Shown here piece after piece: positions 9,240 to 18,611 of a stretch of 64,000 bases of DNA. The stretch comes from Betaproteobacteria bacterium (lineage in GTDB: Bacteria; Pseudomonadota; Gammaproteobacteria; Burkholderiales; SG8-41). Within the stretch, counting starts at the first letter, position 1. Each line of letters begins with the position of its first letter. The stretch is from contig OMIN01000152.1 in NCBI GenBank assembly GCA_900299145.1, positions 14,886 to 78,885 on the forward strand, written 5' to 3'. A program made the position numbers and the translations under genes. The notes beneath the pieces are model-generated. The model had not been told where the DNA came from and searched no databases. It saw nothing but the letters and a program-made list of their open reading frames with translations.

Positions 9240-10010
9240 CTATGGTGCAAACTCGCCGGTCAATATTTTGCGCACGTCCTCCGGCGGCACAGCCCAAGGC
9301 CCCGCCTGATAGCGCTTGATGCCGATGGGCGCGAGTTGCTGGCGCATCTCCGCCGTTTTGATGGCGATGGCGAGCGGGTCCATGATAATCGCTCCGTCGA
9401 CTTCGCGTATGCCCTGGTCGATCAGCCATTGGCTCAGATACAGCCCCGCCGGGTACAGCGACGTCGCGCCTTGCGCCACCAACCCCTTCGCCACGCGCAG
9501 GAATTCGTCGATAAATGGCTGCGGCTTGTTCCACAAATTGGCGTAATCGGTAAACGCAAAATCCACGTAGCTACTGGGCGCCATGCGTGCCGTAATCTTG
9601 TAACGCTCGGCCAATGCTTGAAAAAAATGGTGCAGCCGCACGTTGTTGACGATGAATGCAAAATTCGGCGCGAGTTGGCTGTAGTAGGCGAGCGTGGCCT
9701 GCGTCATGAAGATGGAAGGGATATCGACCATTTCGCGCAGCTCGTCGTAGCCAAGATCAAGACAGTTGGTGACGAAGACATCAAAGCCTTCCGTCTGCGC
9801 GCGCAAGGCGCTGCGAACGGTTTCGTGGGCGACGAAATGCAGGTGGGTCATGCTGCGCGCCGCACCGGGATAGTTCTTGCCGAGGTTGGGAAACTCGACC
9901 ACCGTGCCGGGGCCTGCAACGCGTTTGGCGTGGCGCTGGAGTGAATCGTAATACGGTTTGTAGATGTCGGAGGTGCCGAGCGGCGTGCCGCTTTGGATGC
10001 AGATTCTCAT
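9240..10010 (-). CDS. Asp/Glu/hydantoin racemase-family protein (putative)
   Basis: VTNCLDLGYDELREMVDIPSIF resembles the racemase-superfamily Cys motif. Assigned from memory only. Confidence 0.5.
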   Translation of the reverse strand: MRICIQSGTPLGTSDIYKPYYDSLQRHAKRVAGPGTVVEFPNLGKNYPGAARSMTHLHFVAHETVRSALRAQTEGFDVFVTNCLDLGYDELREMVDIPSIFMTQATLAYYSQLAPNFAFIVNNVRLHHFFQALAERYKITARMAPSSYVDFAFTDYANLWNKPQPFIDEFLRVAKGLVAQGATSLYPAGLYLSQWLIDQGIREVDGAIIMDPLAIAIKTAEMRQQLAPIGIKRYQAGPWAVPPEDVRKILTGEFAP

Positions 10011-10143
10011 GCCGAAATCCTGTGCTTGACGTTTGAGTGGGGATTATATCTGCCGCAGTTAGGGCGCAACGTCAGTTTGCAGGTGTTGAACTCAACCCGC
10101 TGTATGTGTTCAGCTTTTCTGGACAGCCTGCGAAAGGAACCTT

Positions 10144-10169
10144 GTCATTCCCGCTTTTGCGGGAACGAC
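10144..10169. repeat. Solo REP palindrome
   Basis: GTCATTCCCGCTTTTGCGGGAACGAC. Confidence 0.7.
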
Positions 10170-10199
10170 TGTGGTGGATTGTCCGCGCAATTGATAGCG

Positions 10200-11555
10200 C
10201 TACTTTGACGGTTGCAGTGCCAAAATGGCATCTCCAACATGCCGCGCTGACAGTCCAAGAATCTGATGTGCAAACGCGCCGGCATCTACATTCAGCCCGC
10301 CACCAGCAAAACAATCCGCGACTTTTTCGATCAACTCCGCATCGCTTAACGGATCACCAGCGTCTCCCCGCGCCGAGTTCACGCGCTGCTCAAACACTTG
10401 CCCATTGATGAGTTCGATACGCACATGTGACCAGCGTGGCAGTATCGCACCCGGCGCTTCCTGCAATGATACCCTCGGCAACAACGCGCGAATCTCAGGC
10501 CGCAGCACCTGCGCGTCATCAAAGCTGGCAAGTCGAATCGCGCCGTCCAGCAGTGCAGCCGACATGCAATAGGCCATGTTGAATTTGGCTTGCAGGCCGT
10601 TGACGGGCGGCTGCGGCAGCAGGGCGTCCAGGCCACCAGCACTGTTTGTGACTTCGACTTTTACCACGTTTGCCGGCGTCAGTGCGTGCGCCTTGCGCAA
10701 CGCCAGAATTCCGTCGAGCGGACGGTGGATCGCGTAGCAGCACGGGTATTTCTTGATGTCGATGCCCATGGCGTCTATTTCCAGCGGTGCTTTGCCTAGT
10801 GCCAACAACGCTGAAGTCGCATCCTCACCCGAGGCATACAGCGAAAGATAGCCAAACTTGCCGTCGATGGCATCGGGTGAAGCGGTGAAGCCCGCCTGTG
10901 CCATCAACACCGCGCGCACTGCCGCCGCATTGCACTGCCCGGCCTGAAACGATTTCGCCATTGCGCCAAAGTTCTGACGGCTGCCTGCGGCTTGTGCCAC
11001 GGCCAACCCCAGGGCGTGCGAGGTCAGGGCTTCGTTTAGCCCTAGCAATACGCTGCACGCGAGTGTTGCGCCCAGCACGCCCAGCGCCGATGTTGAATGC
11101 CAGCCGCGGCTGTAGTGCGGCAGCGCCATCACGCGCGCGAATTTTGCCATCAGCTCAAAGCCTGCAAGATAGGCGGTGCTGAACCGCGTACCGTCCGCGC
11201 CTGTCATTTGCGCCAGCGCGCACAGCGCGGGCACCATCGCCACGCTGATATGCCCGCGCATCGGCGTCATCACGTCGTCGTAGTCGAGCACATGGGCGGC
11301 AACGCCGTTGGCGAAGGCCGCGCATTCGGGATGCAGGGCTGCACCCGTGGCCCAAACGGTGGCATTGCCATGGCTCGCGAAGCCGCGTGCGTAGTCAGTA
11401 GCGAGGCGTGACGCATCGTCAGCGCGGCCGGCAATCGCGCAGGCGACAGTGTCGAGCAGCGCTCGGTACGCCTGATGGCGTTGCGCACCGGTAAGCGGCG
11501 CGGCGGCGAAGCTCTTGCCGAATGCGGCTATGCGTGCACTGGCCCCAGCCATCAT
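10200..11555 (-). CDS. MmgE/PrpD-family protein (2-methylcitrate dehydratase-like)
   Basis: 451-aa ORF with typical MmgE/PrpD sequence (DTVACAIAG, HVLDYDD, GWHSTS). Its start overlaps the upstream Bug stop by 4 nt. Confidence 0.85.
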   Translation of the reverse strand: MMAGASARIAAFGKSFAAAPLTGAQRHQAYRALLDTVACAIAGRADDASRLATDYARGFASHGNATVWATGAALHPECAAFANGVAAHVLDYDDVMTPMRGHISVAMVPALCALAQMTGADGTRFSTAYLAGFELMAKFARVMALPHYSRGWHSTSALGVLGATLACSVLLGLNEALTSHALGLAVAQAAGSRQNFGAMAKSFQAGQCNAAAVRAVLMAQAGFTASPDAIDGKFGYLSLYASGEDATSALLALGKAPLEIDAMGIDIKKYPCCYAIHRPLDGILALRKAHALTPANVVKVEVTNSAGGLDALLPQPPVNGLQAKFNMAYCMSAALLDGAIRLASFDDAQVLRPEIRALLPRVSLQEAPGAILPRWSHVRIELINGQVFEQRVNSARGDAGDPLSDAELIEKVADCFAGGGLNVDAGAFAHQILGLSARHVGDAILALQPSK

Positions 11556-12529
11556 TCCGCCTTGATTTTGGCGGCTTTTGCCACCTTGCTCCAGCGCGCG
11601 AATTCCTGTTTCAGGAATGCGGTGTAGGCCTCGGGTGAAGCTGAGGTCATCGGTTCGAATCCGCCAGAGATGAATTTTTCCTTGAGTTCGGGTGCGTGTG
11701 CGGCTTTGGTGATGGCGCCATGCAGCCGCTCGACGATGATACGCGGGGTTTTCGCCGGCGCCATGATCGCGTACCAGTTGGTGGATTGCAGCGCTGGGAA
11801 ACCCTGCTCGGCCACCGTCGCCACCTCCGGCAGCAAGGGGCTGCGCCGCTCGGGCGTGATTGCCAGCGCGCGCAGCTTGCCGCTTTTCACCGAGGGGAAG
11901 AGCACGGGCAAATCCATCGCCATGCCCTGCACGTGGCCGCCCAGCAAATCGGTGAGTGCAGGCGCGGCACCCTTGTAGGCGACAGCCTGTATCTTGATAC
12001 CCGCGGTAAGGTTCATCAACTCGATCAGCATGCGTGTCGTGCCGCCCGCGCCCGCCGTGCCGAAATCCAGCTTGCCCGGCTGGGTCTTGGCCAGCGCCAC
12101 CAGTTCCTTCAACCCACGCGCGGGCAGCGCCGGATGCACCACGATCAACACTGGACTCATCACCACAGTGGTGATACCCGCGAAATCGTTGATGCTGTCG
12201 TAGGGAATCTTCGCGTAGGTAAACGTGGTCATTACCAGCGGGCTCAAACCCGCGAGGCCGATGGTATAACCATCGGGTGCAGCCTTGGCAACATGATCGG
12301 TACCAATGATCGCGTTGGCACCCGGACGATTCTCGACAATGAAGTTTGTGCCCAGACTTTCGCTGAGCTTGGGCGCAATCAGACGCGCAATGATGTCGTT
12401 GGCACCGCCGGGTGGAAAGCCAATCACCAGGCGCACGGGTTTCGCGGGATATTCCTGTGCAAAAGCCGCTACGGTGAGTAACAGACTTGTTGCGCCAATG
12501 AGATTTCGTAAGTAATTGTTTTTATTCAT
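11552..12529 (-). CDS. Bug/TctC-family substrate-binding protein
   Basis: Signal peptide followed by YPAKPVRLVIGFPPGGAND and AYKG. The start codon and first 8 codons lie inside AT-element copy 4. Confidence 0.85.
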   Translation of the reverse strand: MNKNNYLRNLIGATSLLLTVAAFAQEYPAKPVRLVIGFPPGGANDIIARLIAPKLSESLGTNFIVENRPGANAIIGTDHVAKAAPDGYTIGLAGLSPLVMTTFTYAKIPYDSINDFAGITTVVMSPVLIVVHPALPARGLKELVALAKTQPGKLDFGTAGAGGTTRMLIELMNLTAGIKIQAVAYKGAAPALTDLLGGHVQGMAMDLPVLFPSVKSGKLRALAITPERRSPLLPEVATVAEQGFPALQSTNWYAIMAPAKTPRIIVERLHGAITKAAHAPELKEKFISGGFEPMTSASPEAYTAFLKQEFARWSKVAKAAKIKAE

Positions 12530-12540
12530 TATTTATGTAG
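12509..12540 (+). repeat. AT-rich element, copy 4 (contains a Bug gene start codon)
   Basis: TAAGTAATTGTTTTTATTCATTATTTATGTAG. The reverse strand encodes MNKNNYLR. Confidence 0.8.
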
Positions 12541-12544
12541 AGAC

Positions 12545-13534
12545 CTACTCTGCCTTGATGCCCGCACTGGCTATCACCTTGCGCATGCGCGCTGACTCTT
12601 CCCGCATGAATTTCGCCAGCGACTCCGGCGAGCTGCCTTGCACTTCCGCGCCTTGCGCCAGCATGCGCTGCGAGATCTCCGGATCGGTCAGCACACGTTC
12701 AATCTGCGTGCCGAGTTTGGCGATGATGCTGGCAGGTGTCTTGGCAGGCGCGACCATGCCCCACCACGTTGTCGCCTCGAAACCTGGCACACCCGATTCC
12801 GCCACCGTGGGAATGTCAGGCACTGTCTTTGCGCGCCGTGCGCTACCCACCGCCAATGCACGCAAACGGCCGGTTTTGACATGCGGCAGCACCGTCGGCA
12901 TGGTGTTGAACATCAGCTGCACCTGCCCCGCGAGCAGATCCGTCACTGCGGGCGGCGAACCCTTATACGGCACGTGAATCATGTCGGCGCCGGTCATCAA
13001 CTTGAACATTTCCATGCCCAGGTGAATCGGCGAGCCTTGCCCGGCGGATGCGTAACTTAATTGCTTCGGTTTTGATTTCGCGTAAGCGACAAGATCCTTC
13101 ACCGAATTCACCGGCAAAGTGCTGTTCACCACCAGTAGCGTCGGGTTGATGGCGAGCAGGCTCACCGGTGCGAAATCCGTGAACGGATCGTAAGGCAGTT
13201 TGTCGATCAGCAGCGGGCTGACTATCAATCCACTGGAAGTGGCGAGCAACAGCGTGTAACCATCGGGTGCTGCACGCGCGACAATTTCCGTGCCGATCAC
13301 TCCGCCGCCGCCGGCGCGATTGTCGATGACGAATTGTTGGCCCCATGCATCGGCGAGCTTTTGCCCGAGTGTGCGCGCCATCAGGTCAACGCCACCGCCA
13401 GCTGGGAAGGTCACCATTACACGAACGGGTTTGTTGGGGTAGCTGCGTGTGGGATCGACGGGTTGGGCGCTGGCTGCATCTGCGCCAAGGACTAGCGCGC
13501 CCGCGATCAAAACGGCGGCAGGCGCCAGCCGCAC
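12545..13534 (-). CDS. Bug/TctC-family substrate-binding protein
   Basis: YPNKPVRVMVTFPAGGGVD and VPYKG. A GTG at 13534 gives the canonical signal peptide MRLAPAAVLIAGALVLGADAASA. Longer starts at 13633 or 13792 are possible but less likely. Confidence 0.8.
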   Translation of the reverse strand: MRLAPAAVLIAGALVLGADAASAQPVDPTRSYPNKPVRVMVTFPAGGGVDLMARTLGQKLADAWGQQFVIDNRAGGGGVIGTEIVARAAPDGYTLLLATSSGLIVSPLLIDKLPYDPFTDFAPVSLLAINPTLLVVNSTLPVNSVKDLVAYAKSKPKQLSYASAGQGSPIHLGMEMFKLMTGADMIHVPYKGSPPAVTDLLAGQVQLMFNTMPTVLPHVKTGRLRALAVGSARRAKTVPDIPTVAESGVPGFEATTWWGMVAPAKTPASIIAKLGTQIERVLTDPEISQRMLAQGAEVQGSSPESLAKFMREESARMRKVIASAGIKAE

Positions 13535-13736
13535 GGGATCACGCGGCTGCCGAGCCCCGCATCGCGCGCAGAAGCGCTCGCGATTGCCAATAGGCTGATT
13601 GCAGTCGGCGCAGCGTCTTAACAAGTGGATCATGGCGCAAGTCCAGAAGGGCCTGTTTGAAACAGATAGCGCGGCAATGCACACACAAGCCGCCCGTAGA
13701 AGCCAGCGGCACGTGGTGTGGTTAAGAGACCGCGTT

Positions 13737-15464
13737 TTACTTCTTGCCCGCCGCCTTTGCCTTTTTCTTGGCCGCCGCCGGTTTGGCACCAATTACCGAC
13801 GGAATCACCGGCAGCAGAAGATACGAAGGCTTGTCCTTGCCCGAATGAATCGTGTTGAGCGCGCCGTCGTTGTAGTCGGCATGATAATGGGTGAAATGCG
13901 CCGAGCCGTGGCCGTCTTTCGGGCCTATGTCGAGGCGCAGTTTGTGGCCTTTCTTGATCACGATACAGGTCGATATCACCTCGACCTGGCATTCGACCAC
14001 TTCCCCTTTTTTCAGCGGCCAGCGTTCGTTGTGCGCGTGATACGGGCGGTAGGGTAACGACTTCTGGCGGTCCAGTTTACGGTGTGAAGCGCGCAGCCAG
14101 CCTTTGGTGACACATTCGCACGGCTCGCCGCGCTGGCCGACTTCCGGCACGTCTTTGCCTTTGCTGTCGATGTGACGCAGCGTGGCGAAAATATCCATGT
14201 CTTCCGAGCTGCTCGATACCCACAGATTCAGCACGATGGGCCCGGTGATCTCCGTATCCTGCTTCATGGGCGCGGTTTCAAAGCTCACGCCGGTGCGCCC
14301 GCCGTGATTGTGGCGTCCGCCGGGTGAAGCTTCGTAGGTAATCTTCGCGGCTTTCTTGGGCGCAGTGGTGCTGATCGTGCCCTCTGCAGACTTGCCGTTA
14401 CCTGCCTTCGCAACTTTGGGTTCGAGATAAAACTTGGTCCACTGCGTGCGCGCCAGCGGCCATTCGTTTTCGGTGCGGAACGGGTAGCGTTTGTTGCCGC
14501 CGGTACGGATTTCCAGTTTTACCGGCGGTTCGTTCATGATGCCGGTGTCGATACCCTTCAACCAATAATCAAACCAGCGCAGTTGCTCGATACGTGCTTC
14601 GAGCGCGTGAAACGGGTGGTAGTGCGAACCGGTGTGGATACGCAGTTTCTTGTGCTTCGATGCGGCGTTCAAATAGCCCTCGGTATTGCCGCGCAAATGG
14701 AGACCATGCCCGCCCCAGTTGCCGACGCTGTAAAGCGGCACATTGATCTGATCCCAGCGCGCGCTCTTCATGCGCCAGTACTCGGAATCCAGATCGTTGC
14801 GCATGTAGTTCCACAACTGGTTGTTGTTGAATGCTTCGGGATTGTAGTTGTTGGGTTTGCCAAGCAGGTGATGCGCCGCCTGCATCCACCACCACATCAC
14901 CAGAAAGCCCGAGGCAAATATGCCACCATGAAATGCCTGATCGCGGTACTGATCGGCGCGGCCCTCCCACGGCATGATGGCTTTGAGCGACGGCGGCTGC
15001 AGGCTCGCCACGCGCCACTGAAAATTTGCGTGATACGAAATGCCCAGGCAGCCGACGTTGCCATTGCTCCACGGCTGTTTGGCGAAATGCTCGATGGCAT
15101 CGTAGGTGTCCACCGCCTCCTGATACGAACTCGGCTCCGATGTGCCAAGCGATTTGCCGGAGCCGCGGCTATCCACGCGCACCAGCGCGTAACCGCGCGG
15201 GCACCACCACAATGGATTCGCACATTCCCAATTCATGTAGGGATTGGCTTTTTCTTCAAGGTCGGGGGGCGGCGTCCAGAGTTTGTCTTTTTGATAGGGC
15301 CCGGTGATGAGGATGATCGGAAATTTTTCGCCGTCGCTTTTGTTGGCCATCTCCGGCCGGAACACGTCAGCGCGAATAATCGAGCCATCGCGCAGTGGCA
15401 CCGCCACATCTTTTTCGACGATGAGTTTGTGTTTTTTGGGTTGCGACATCGGGTGCTTGGGCAT
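13737..15464 (-). CDS. CocE/NonD-family hydrolase (S15 peptidase fold)
   Basis: 575-aa ORF with VRVDSRGSGKS and GISYHAN. Has a Lys/Ala-rich C-terminal tail. Confidence 0.8.
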   Translation of the reverse strand: MPKHPMSQPKKHKLIVEKDVAVPLRDGSIIRADVFRPEMANKSDGEKFPIILITGPYQKDKLWTPPPDLEEKANPYMNWECANPLWWCPRGYALVRVDSRGSGKSLGTSEPSSYQEAVDTYDAIEHFAKQPWSNGNVGCLGISYHANFQWRVASLQPPSLKAIMPWEGRADQYRDQAFHGGIFASGFLVMWWWMQAAHHLLGKPNNYNPEAFNNNQLWNYMRNDLDSEYWRMKSARWDQINVPLYSVGNWGGHGLHLRGNTEGYLNAASKHKKLRIHTGSHYHPFHALEARIEQLRWFDYWLKGIDTGIMNEPPVKLEIRTGGNKRYPFRTENEWPLARTQWTKFYLEPKVAKAGNGKSAEGTISTTAPKKAAKITYEASPGGRHNHGGRTGVSFETAPMKQDTEITGPIVLNLWVSSSSEDMDIFATLRHIDSKGKDVPEVGQRGEPCECVTKGWLRASHRKLDRQKSLPYRPYHAHNERWPLKKGEVVECQVEVISTCIVIKKGHKLRLDIGPKDGHGSAHFTHYHADYNDGALNTIHSGKDKPSYLLLPVIPSVIGAKPAAAKKKAKAAGKK

Positions 15465-15525
15465 GGCGGGCTCCGGGGCAAATTTGCTATAGGTGGAGGA
15501 ATTATAAGGGTTTAGTGCCGGCCTG

Positions 15526-15551
15526 AAATATTCAATTAAAACATATAGTTA
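15526..15551 (-). repeat. AT-rich element, copy 5
   Basis: AAATATTCAATTAAAACATATAGTTA. Confidence 0.7.
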
Positions 15552-15574
15552 CGGATATTCATCTTTACCGCGCC

Positions 15575-15680
15575 GTCGTTCCGGACTTGATCCGGAACCT
15601 AGGATGTACCGGCGCGCGAAGCGCAACACAGATCCTTCGGATGTCCTGACAAGCTGGATTCCAGCGTTCGCTGGAATGAC
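15575..15680. repeat. REPIN-type element (variant arms)
   Basis: The left arm is GTCGTTCCGGACTTGATCCGGAAC and the right arm is CTGGATTCCAGCGTTCGCTGGAATGAC. The interior resembles the copy at 33739. Confidence 0.65.
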
Positions 15681-15697
15681 GGTAGTGGCGTGTCGAG

Positions 15698-16165
15698 TCA
15701 ATTCACCAGCCGCACATGATGCGCCAGCTGCTCGCAATCCTCATCCGTTTTCAAACCCGCCGCGCGGATGCCATGCGCGGCGAGCGCTTCGTCCTGCTCT
15801 TCCTTGTCGCCGGTAACGCCGACCGCGCCGAGCAGCTCACCATCCGCCGCGCGTATCAGCCGCCCGCCGCCCTCGGCAAAAATTTTGTCTGCCGATGCCT
15901 TGAACAAAAAATCCATGAAGAGCGGTTTTTCCACCGCGCGCACGCGCACCAGACTGGACGAACGGCCCAGCGCCAGCGCGGCGTAAGCCTTGCCCATGGC
16001 CATTTCAAACCGCATCATCGCCGAGCCGTCTTCTTTCTTGAATGCCTTGGGAATCGCGCCGGGTTCAACGACCACCACCGAGATCGGCCGGCAGTTCAAT
16101 TCGCGCGCGCGGGCGAGGACGGCGTCGATGATTTTGTCGGCTTGCGCCAGCGTAAGGGTGGCCAT
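15698..16165 (-). CDS. GlcG/HbpS-like (DUF336) heme-binding protein
   Basis: MATLTLAQADKIIDAVLARARELN... and GGGRLI. ATG 16165 is preceded by GGAG. Confidence 0.75.
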   Translation of the reverse strand: MATLTLAQADKIIDAVLARARELNCRPISVVVVEPGAIPKAFKKEDGSAMMRFEMAMGKAYAALALGRSSSLVRVRAVEKPLFMDFLFKASADKIFAEGGGRLIRAADGELLGAVGVTGDKEEQDEALAAHGIRAAGLKTDEDCEQLAHHVRLVN

Positions 16166-16264
16166 GGAGTTCTCCAAAAACTTTTTGATGGCGAATTATA
16201 GGCCGTGCCCATGACCGGCGGCTCATCCTCTACAATGCTCGCCAACCAATGCCTTGAGGACGAT

Positions 16265-17245
16265 ATGCGCAACGCAGTCACACGAATACTTTTGCCGATG
16301 GCGCTGTTGCCAGTACTGGCCGCGCCGACGTTATGGGCGGTGGACGTCTACCCCACCAAACCCGTGCGCTTTCTTGTCGGCTTCCCGCCCGGTGGCGCGA
16401 ATGATCTGGTGGCGCGCGTGGCCGCTGCGCGCATGGGGCCGCGCCTGGGCCAGCAGGTGGTGGTCGACAACCGCAGTGGCGCCGGCGGCAACATCGCGCA
16501 CGACCTCGCAGCCAAGGCCACGCCCGACGGATACACCATGGTGCTGGCGTCGGTGGCCTCACTTGCCATGAGCCCCGGCCTCTATGCCAAATTGCCGTAC
16601 GATCCGATCAACGATTTTGCACCAGTGGCGCAACTGGTCGATGTCAGCAGTCTCATTTCCTCGCACCCGTCCAGCGCATCACGCACATTGAAGGATTTTG
16701 TCGCGCGCGCCAAACAGCAGCCCGACAAGCTCACGGTGGGCAATCCGGGCACCGGCAGCATCGCGCATCTCGCGTTTGAATTGTTCAAAGCCACCGCGGC
16801 TATCAAGGTCGTCAACGTGCCCTACAAAGGCGGCGGGCCGGCGGTGATCGATGCCATGTCGGGGCAGGTGGAGTTTCTCGCGGGTGTGATTTCCACCGGC
16901 GCGCCGCATGTCAAAACCGGCAAGCTGCGCGGCCTCGGCGTCACCAGTCTGAAGCGCTCGCCGATTTTGCCTGATGTGCCCGCCGTGGCTGAAGGCGGCT
17001 ACCCCGGCTTCGAGGCGAGCGGCTGGCTGGGCATTGCGTTCCCCACGAAAACGCCCGCGCCCATCATTGAACGCATGCACAGGGAAGCTGTTGCCGTAAT
17101 GGCCATGAGCGACGTGCGCGAGCAATTGCAAAATGCCGGGCTGGAACCGGCGGTGAAGGACACCGAAGCGTTTCGCGCTTACATCAAAGCGGAACTGGGG
17201 AAGTGGACGCGGCTGATCCGTGAAGCGGGGATCAAGGCGGATTGA
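16265..17245 (+). CDS. Bug/TctC-family substrate-binding protein
   Basis: Start at MRNAVTRILLPMALL (signal peptide), then YPTKPVRFLVGFPPGGAND and VPYKGG. Confidence 0.9.
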   Translation: MRNAVTRILLPMALLPVLAAPTLWAVDVYPTKPVRFLVGFPPGGANDLVARVAAARMGPRLGQQVVVDNRSGAGGNIAHDLAAKATPDGYTMVLASVASLAMSPGLYAKLPYDPINDFAPVAQLVDVSSLISSHPSSASRTLKDFVARAKQQPDKLTVGNPGTGSIAHLAFELFKATAAIKVVNVPYKGGGPAVIDAMSGQVEFLAGVISTGAPHVKTGKLRGLGVTSLKRSPILPDVPAVAEGGYPGFEASGWLGIAFPTKTPAPIIERMHREAVAVMAMSDVREQLQNAGLEPAVKDTEAFRAYIKAELGKWTRLIREAGIKAD

Positions 17246-17259
17246 TTGGGGATTCTCTA

Positions 17260-17290
17260 TAAGTATTTGTTTTTATTGTATTTTTATGAA
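17260..17290 (+). repeat. AT-rich element, copy 6
   Basis: TAAGTATTTGTTTTTATTGTATTTTTATGAA, between convergent Bug genes. Confidence 0.8.
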
Positions 17291-17295
17291 TTAAT

Positions 17296-18267
17296 CTACT
17301 GCGCCTTTAATCCGATCTCCTTCGCAATCTTGCCGTAACGCGCATGATCTTCGCGGATGAATTTCGCAAAGTGCTCCGGCGATTCGGTATACACATCCAG
17401 CCCGGATGCCACCAGCTTGTCGCGCACTTCCGGCAGGCCCATCGCGCGGTTGGCTTCGGCATTGAGCTTCGCGACGATATCGCGCGGTATGCCTGCCGGC
17501 CCAACAATGCCAAACCAGCCCCCCGACACATAACCCGGCAGCGTCTCGGCAATCGTCGGGTAGTCCGGGTAATTCGTCAGCCGCGCCGTGCGCGCCACCC
17601 CCAGCATGCGCATGCGCCCGGCCTGCACATACGGCTGCAGCGCGGGGAACGAGCCGAACGTTGCATCGACGCGACCCGCAATCACCTCGCCCGCCAGTTG
17701 CGGCAACCCTTTGAACGGCACATGCAGATAGGTAAAGCCTGCCTGAAAGCGAAACATTTCCGTGGCGAAGTGCAAAAACGCGCCTTCGCCATTCGAGCCG
17801 AAACTCACTTTGCCGGGATTGGCCTTCGCGTGCGCGATCAACTCGGCGACATTTCGCGCGGGGAATGCATTGCTCACCGCCAGCCCCATGAAGTTCGTCG
17901 CCATCAACGCAATCGGCGTGAAATCCTTCAACGCATCGTAAGGCACTTTCCTGAATGCATGCGGCACAATCGCCATCGAGCCGCCGTTGCCGCAGCCAAG
18001 CGTGTAACCGTCGGCAGGCGCCTGTGCCACCATGCCGTGCCCCAACATGCCACTCGCCCCCGCGCGGTTGTCGATCACAAACTGCTGCCCCAGCCGCTCG
18101 CCCATTTTGAACGTGATTATGCGCACGAGCACGTCGCAGGTGTCGCCGGGAAGTACCGAGGCGATGACGCGTACGGATTTGTTGGGGTAGGGTTGGGCGT
18201 GGGATTGATTGGGGAGTGCGGCTAGAGGCAATAGGGCTACGCAAAGAGCTAAACGGGTTATACGCAT
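17296..18267 (-). CDS. Bug/TctC-family substrate-binding protein
   Basis: Start at MRITRLALCVALLPLAA, then YPNKSVRVI, NRAGASG and VPFKG. Confidence 0.9.
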   Translation of the reverse strand: MRITRLALCVALLPLAALPNQSHAQPYPNKSVRVIASVLPGDTCDVLVRIITFKMGERLGQQFVIDNRAGASGMLGHGMVAQAPADGYTLGCGNGGSMAIVPHAFRKVPYDALKDFTPIALMATNFMGLAVSNAFPARNVAELIAHAKANPGKVSFGSNGEGAFLHFATEMFRFQAGFTYLHVPFKGLPQLAGEVIAGRVDATFGSFPALQPYVQAGRMRMLGVARTARLTNYPDYPTIAETLPGYVSGGWFGIVGPAGIPRDIVAKLNAEANRAMGLPEVRDKLVASGLDVYTESPEHFAKFIREDHARYGKIAKEIGLKAQ

Positions 18268-18341
18268 AATAGGTTCTCCAGCGTGGCTACAGGATGGCAA
18301 TGCAGGCTTTTCGATACGATATCAAATCGTAGTGCGGTATA

Positions 18342-18374
18342 GGTAGGGTGGGCAAAGCGAAGCGTGCCCACGCG
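18342..18374. repeat. Second REP class (GTGGGCA...TGCCCAC hairpin)
   Basis: GGTAGGGTGGGCAAAGCGAAGCGTGCCCACGCG. Confidence 0.6.
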
Positions 18375-18611
18375 CAATCCATGTAGCACTTGGCGTCAGG
18401 CAAGTGGGCAGAATTACAGCGCCGGATTAGCCTTGCCGTGCCGGTTACCGGCATTGGGTAATGTCTGGTAGCTGCGGCACATTGTCCGCTGCCCAATCAT
18501 CCGCATGCTATTACGGAAGAAGTACCAAGCCGGAAGGTGTGGGCGTGTATGATGAGGTAGGCGTGAGCGCGATTCGCTTTGCGCACAATATGTCCGCGCA
18601 GGAGCATTTTC

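Noticed and set aside
13535-13792. N-terminal extension of the Bug gene that includes a CxxC...CxxC zinc-ribbon-like segment (CADCNQPIGNRERFCARCG).
   Set aside because: A GTG at 13534 yields a canonical signal peptide directly before the Bug domain. The extension is Arg-rich and overlaps the end of the upstream CocE/NonD gene, so it is probably untranslated. A zinc-ribbon-anchored variant is not fully excluded.
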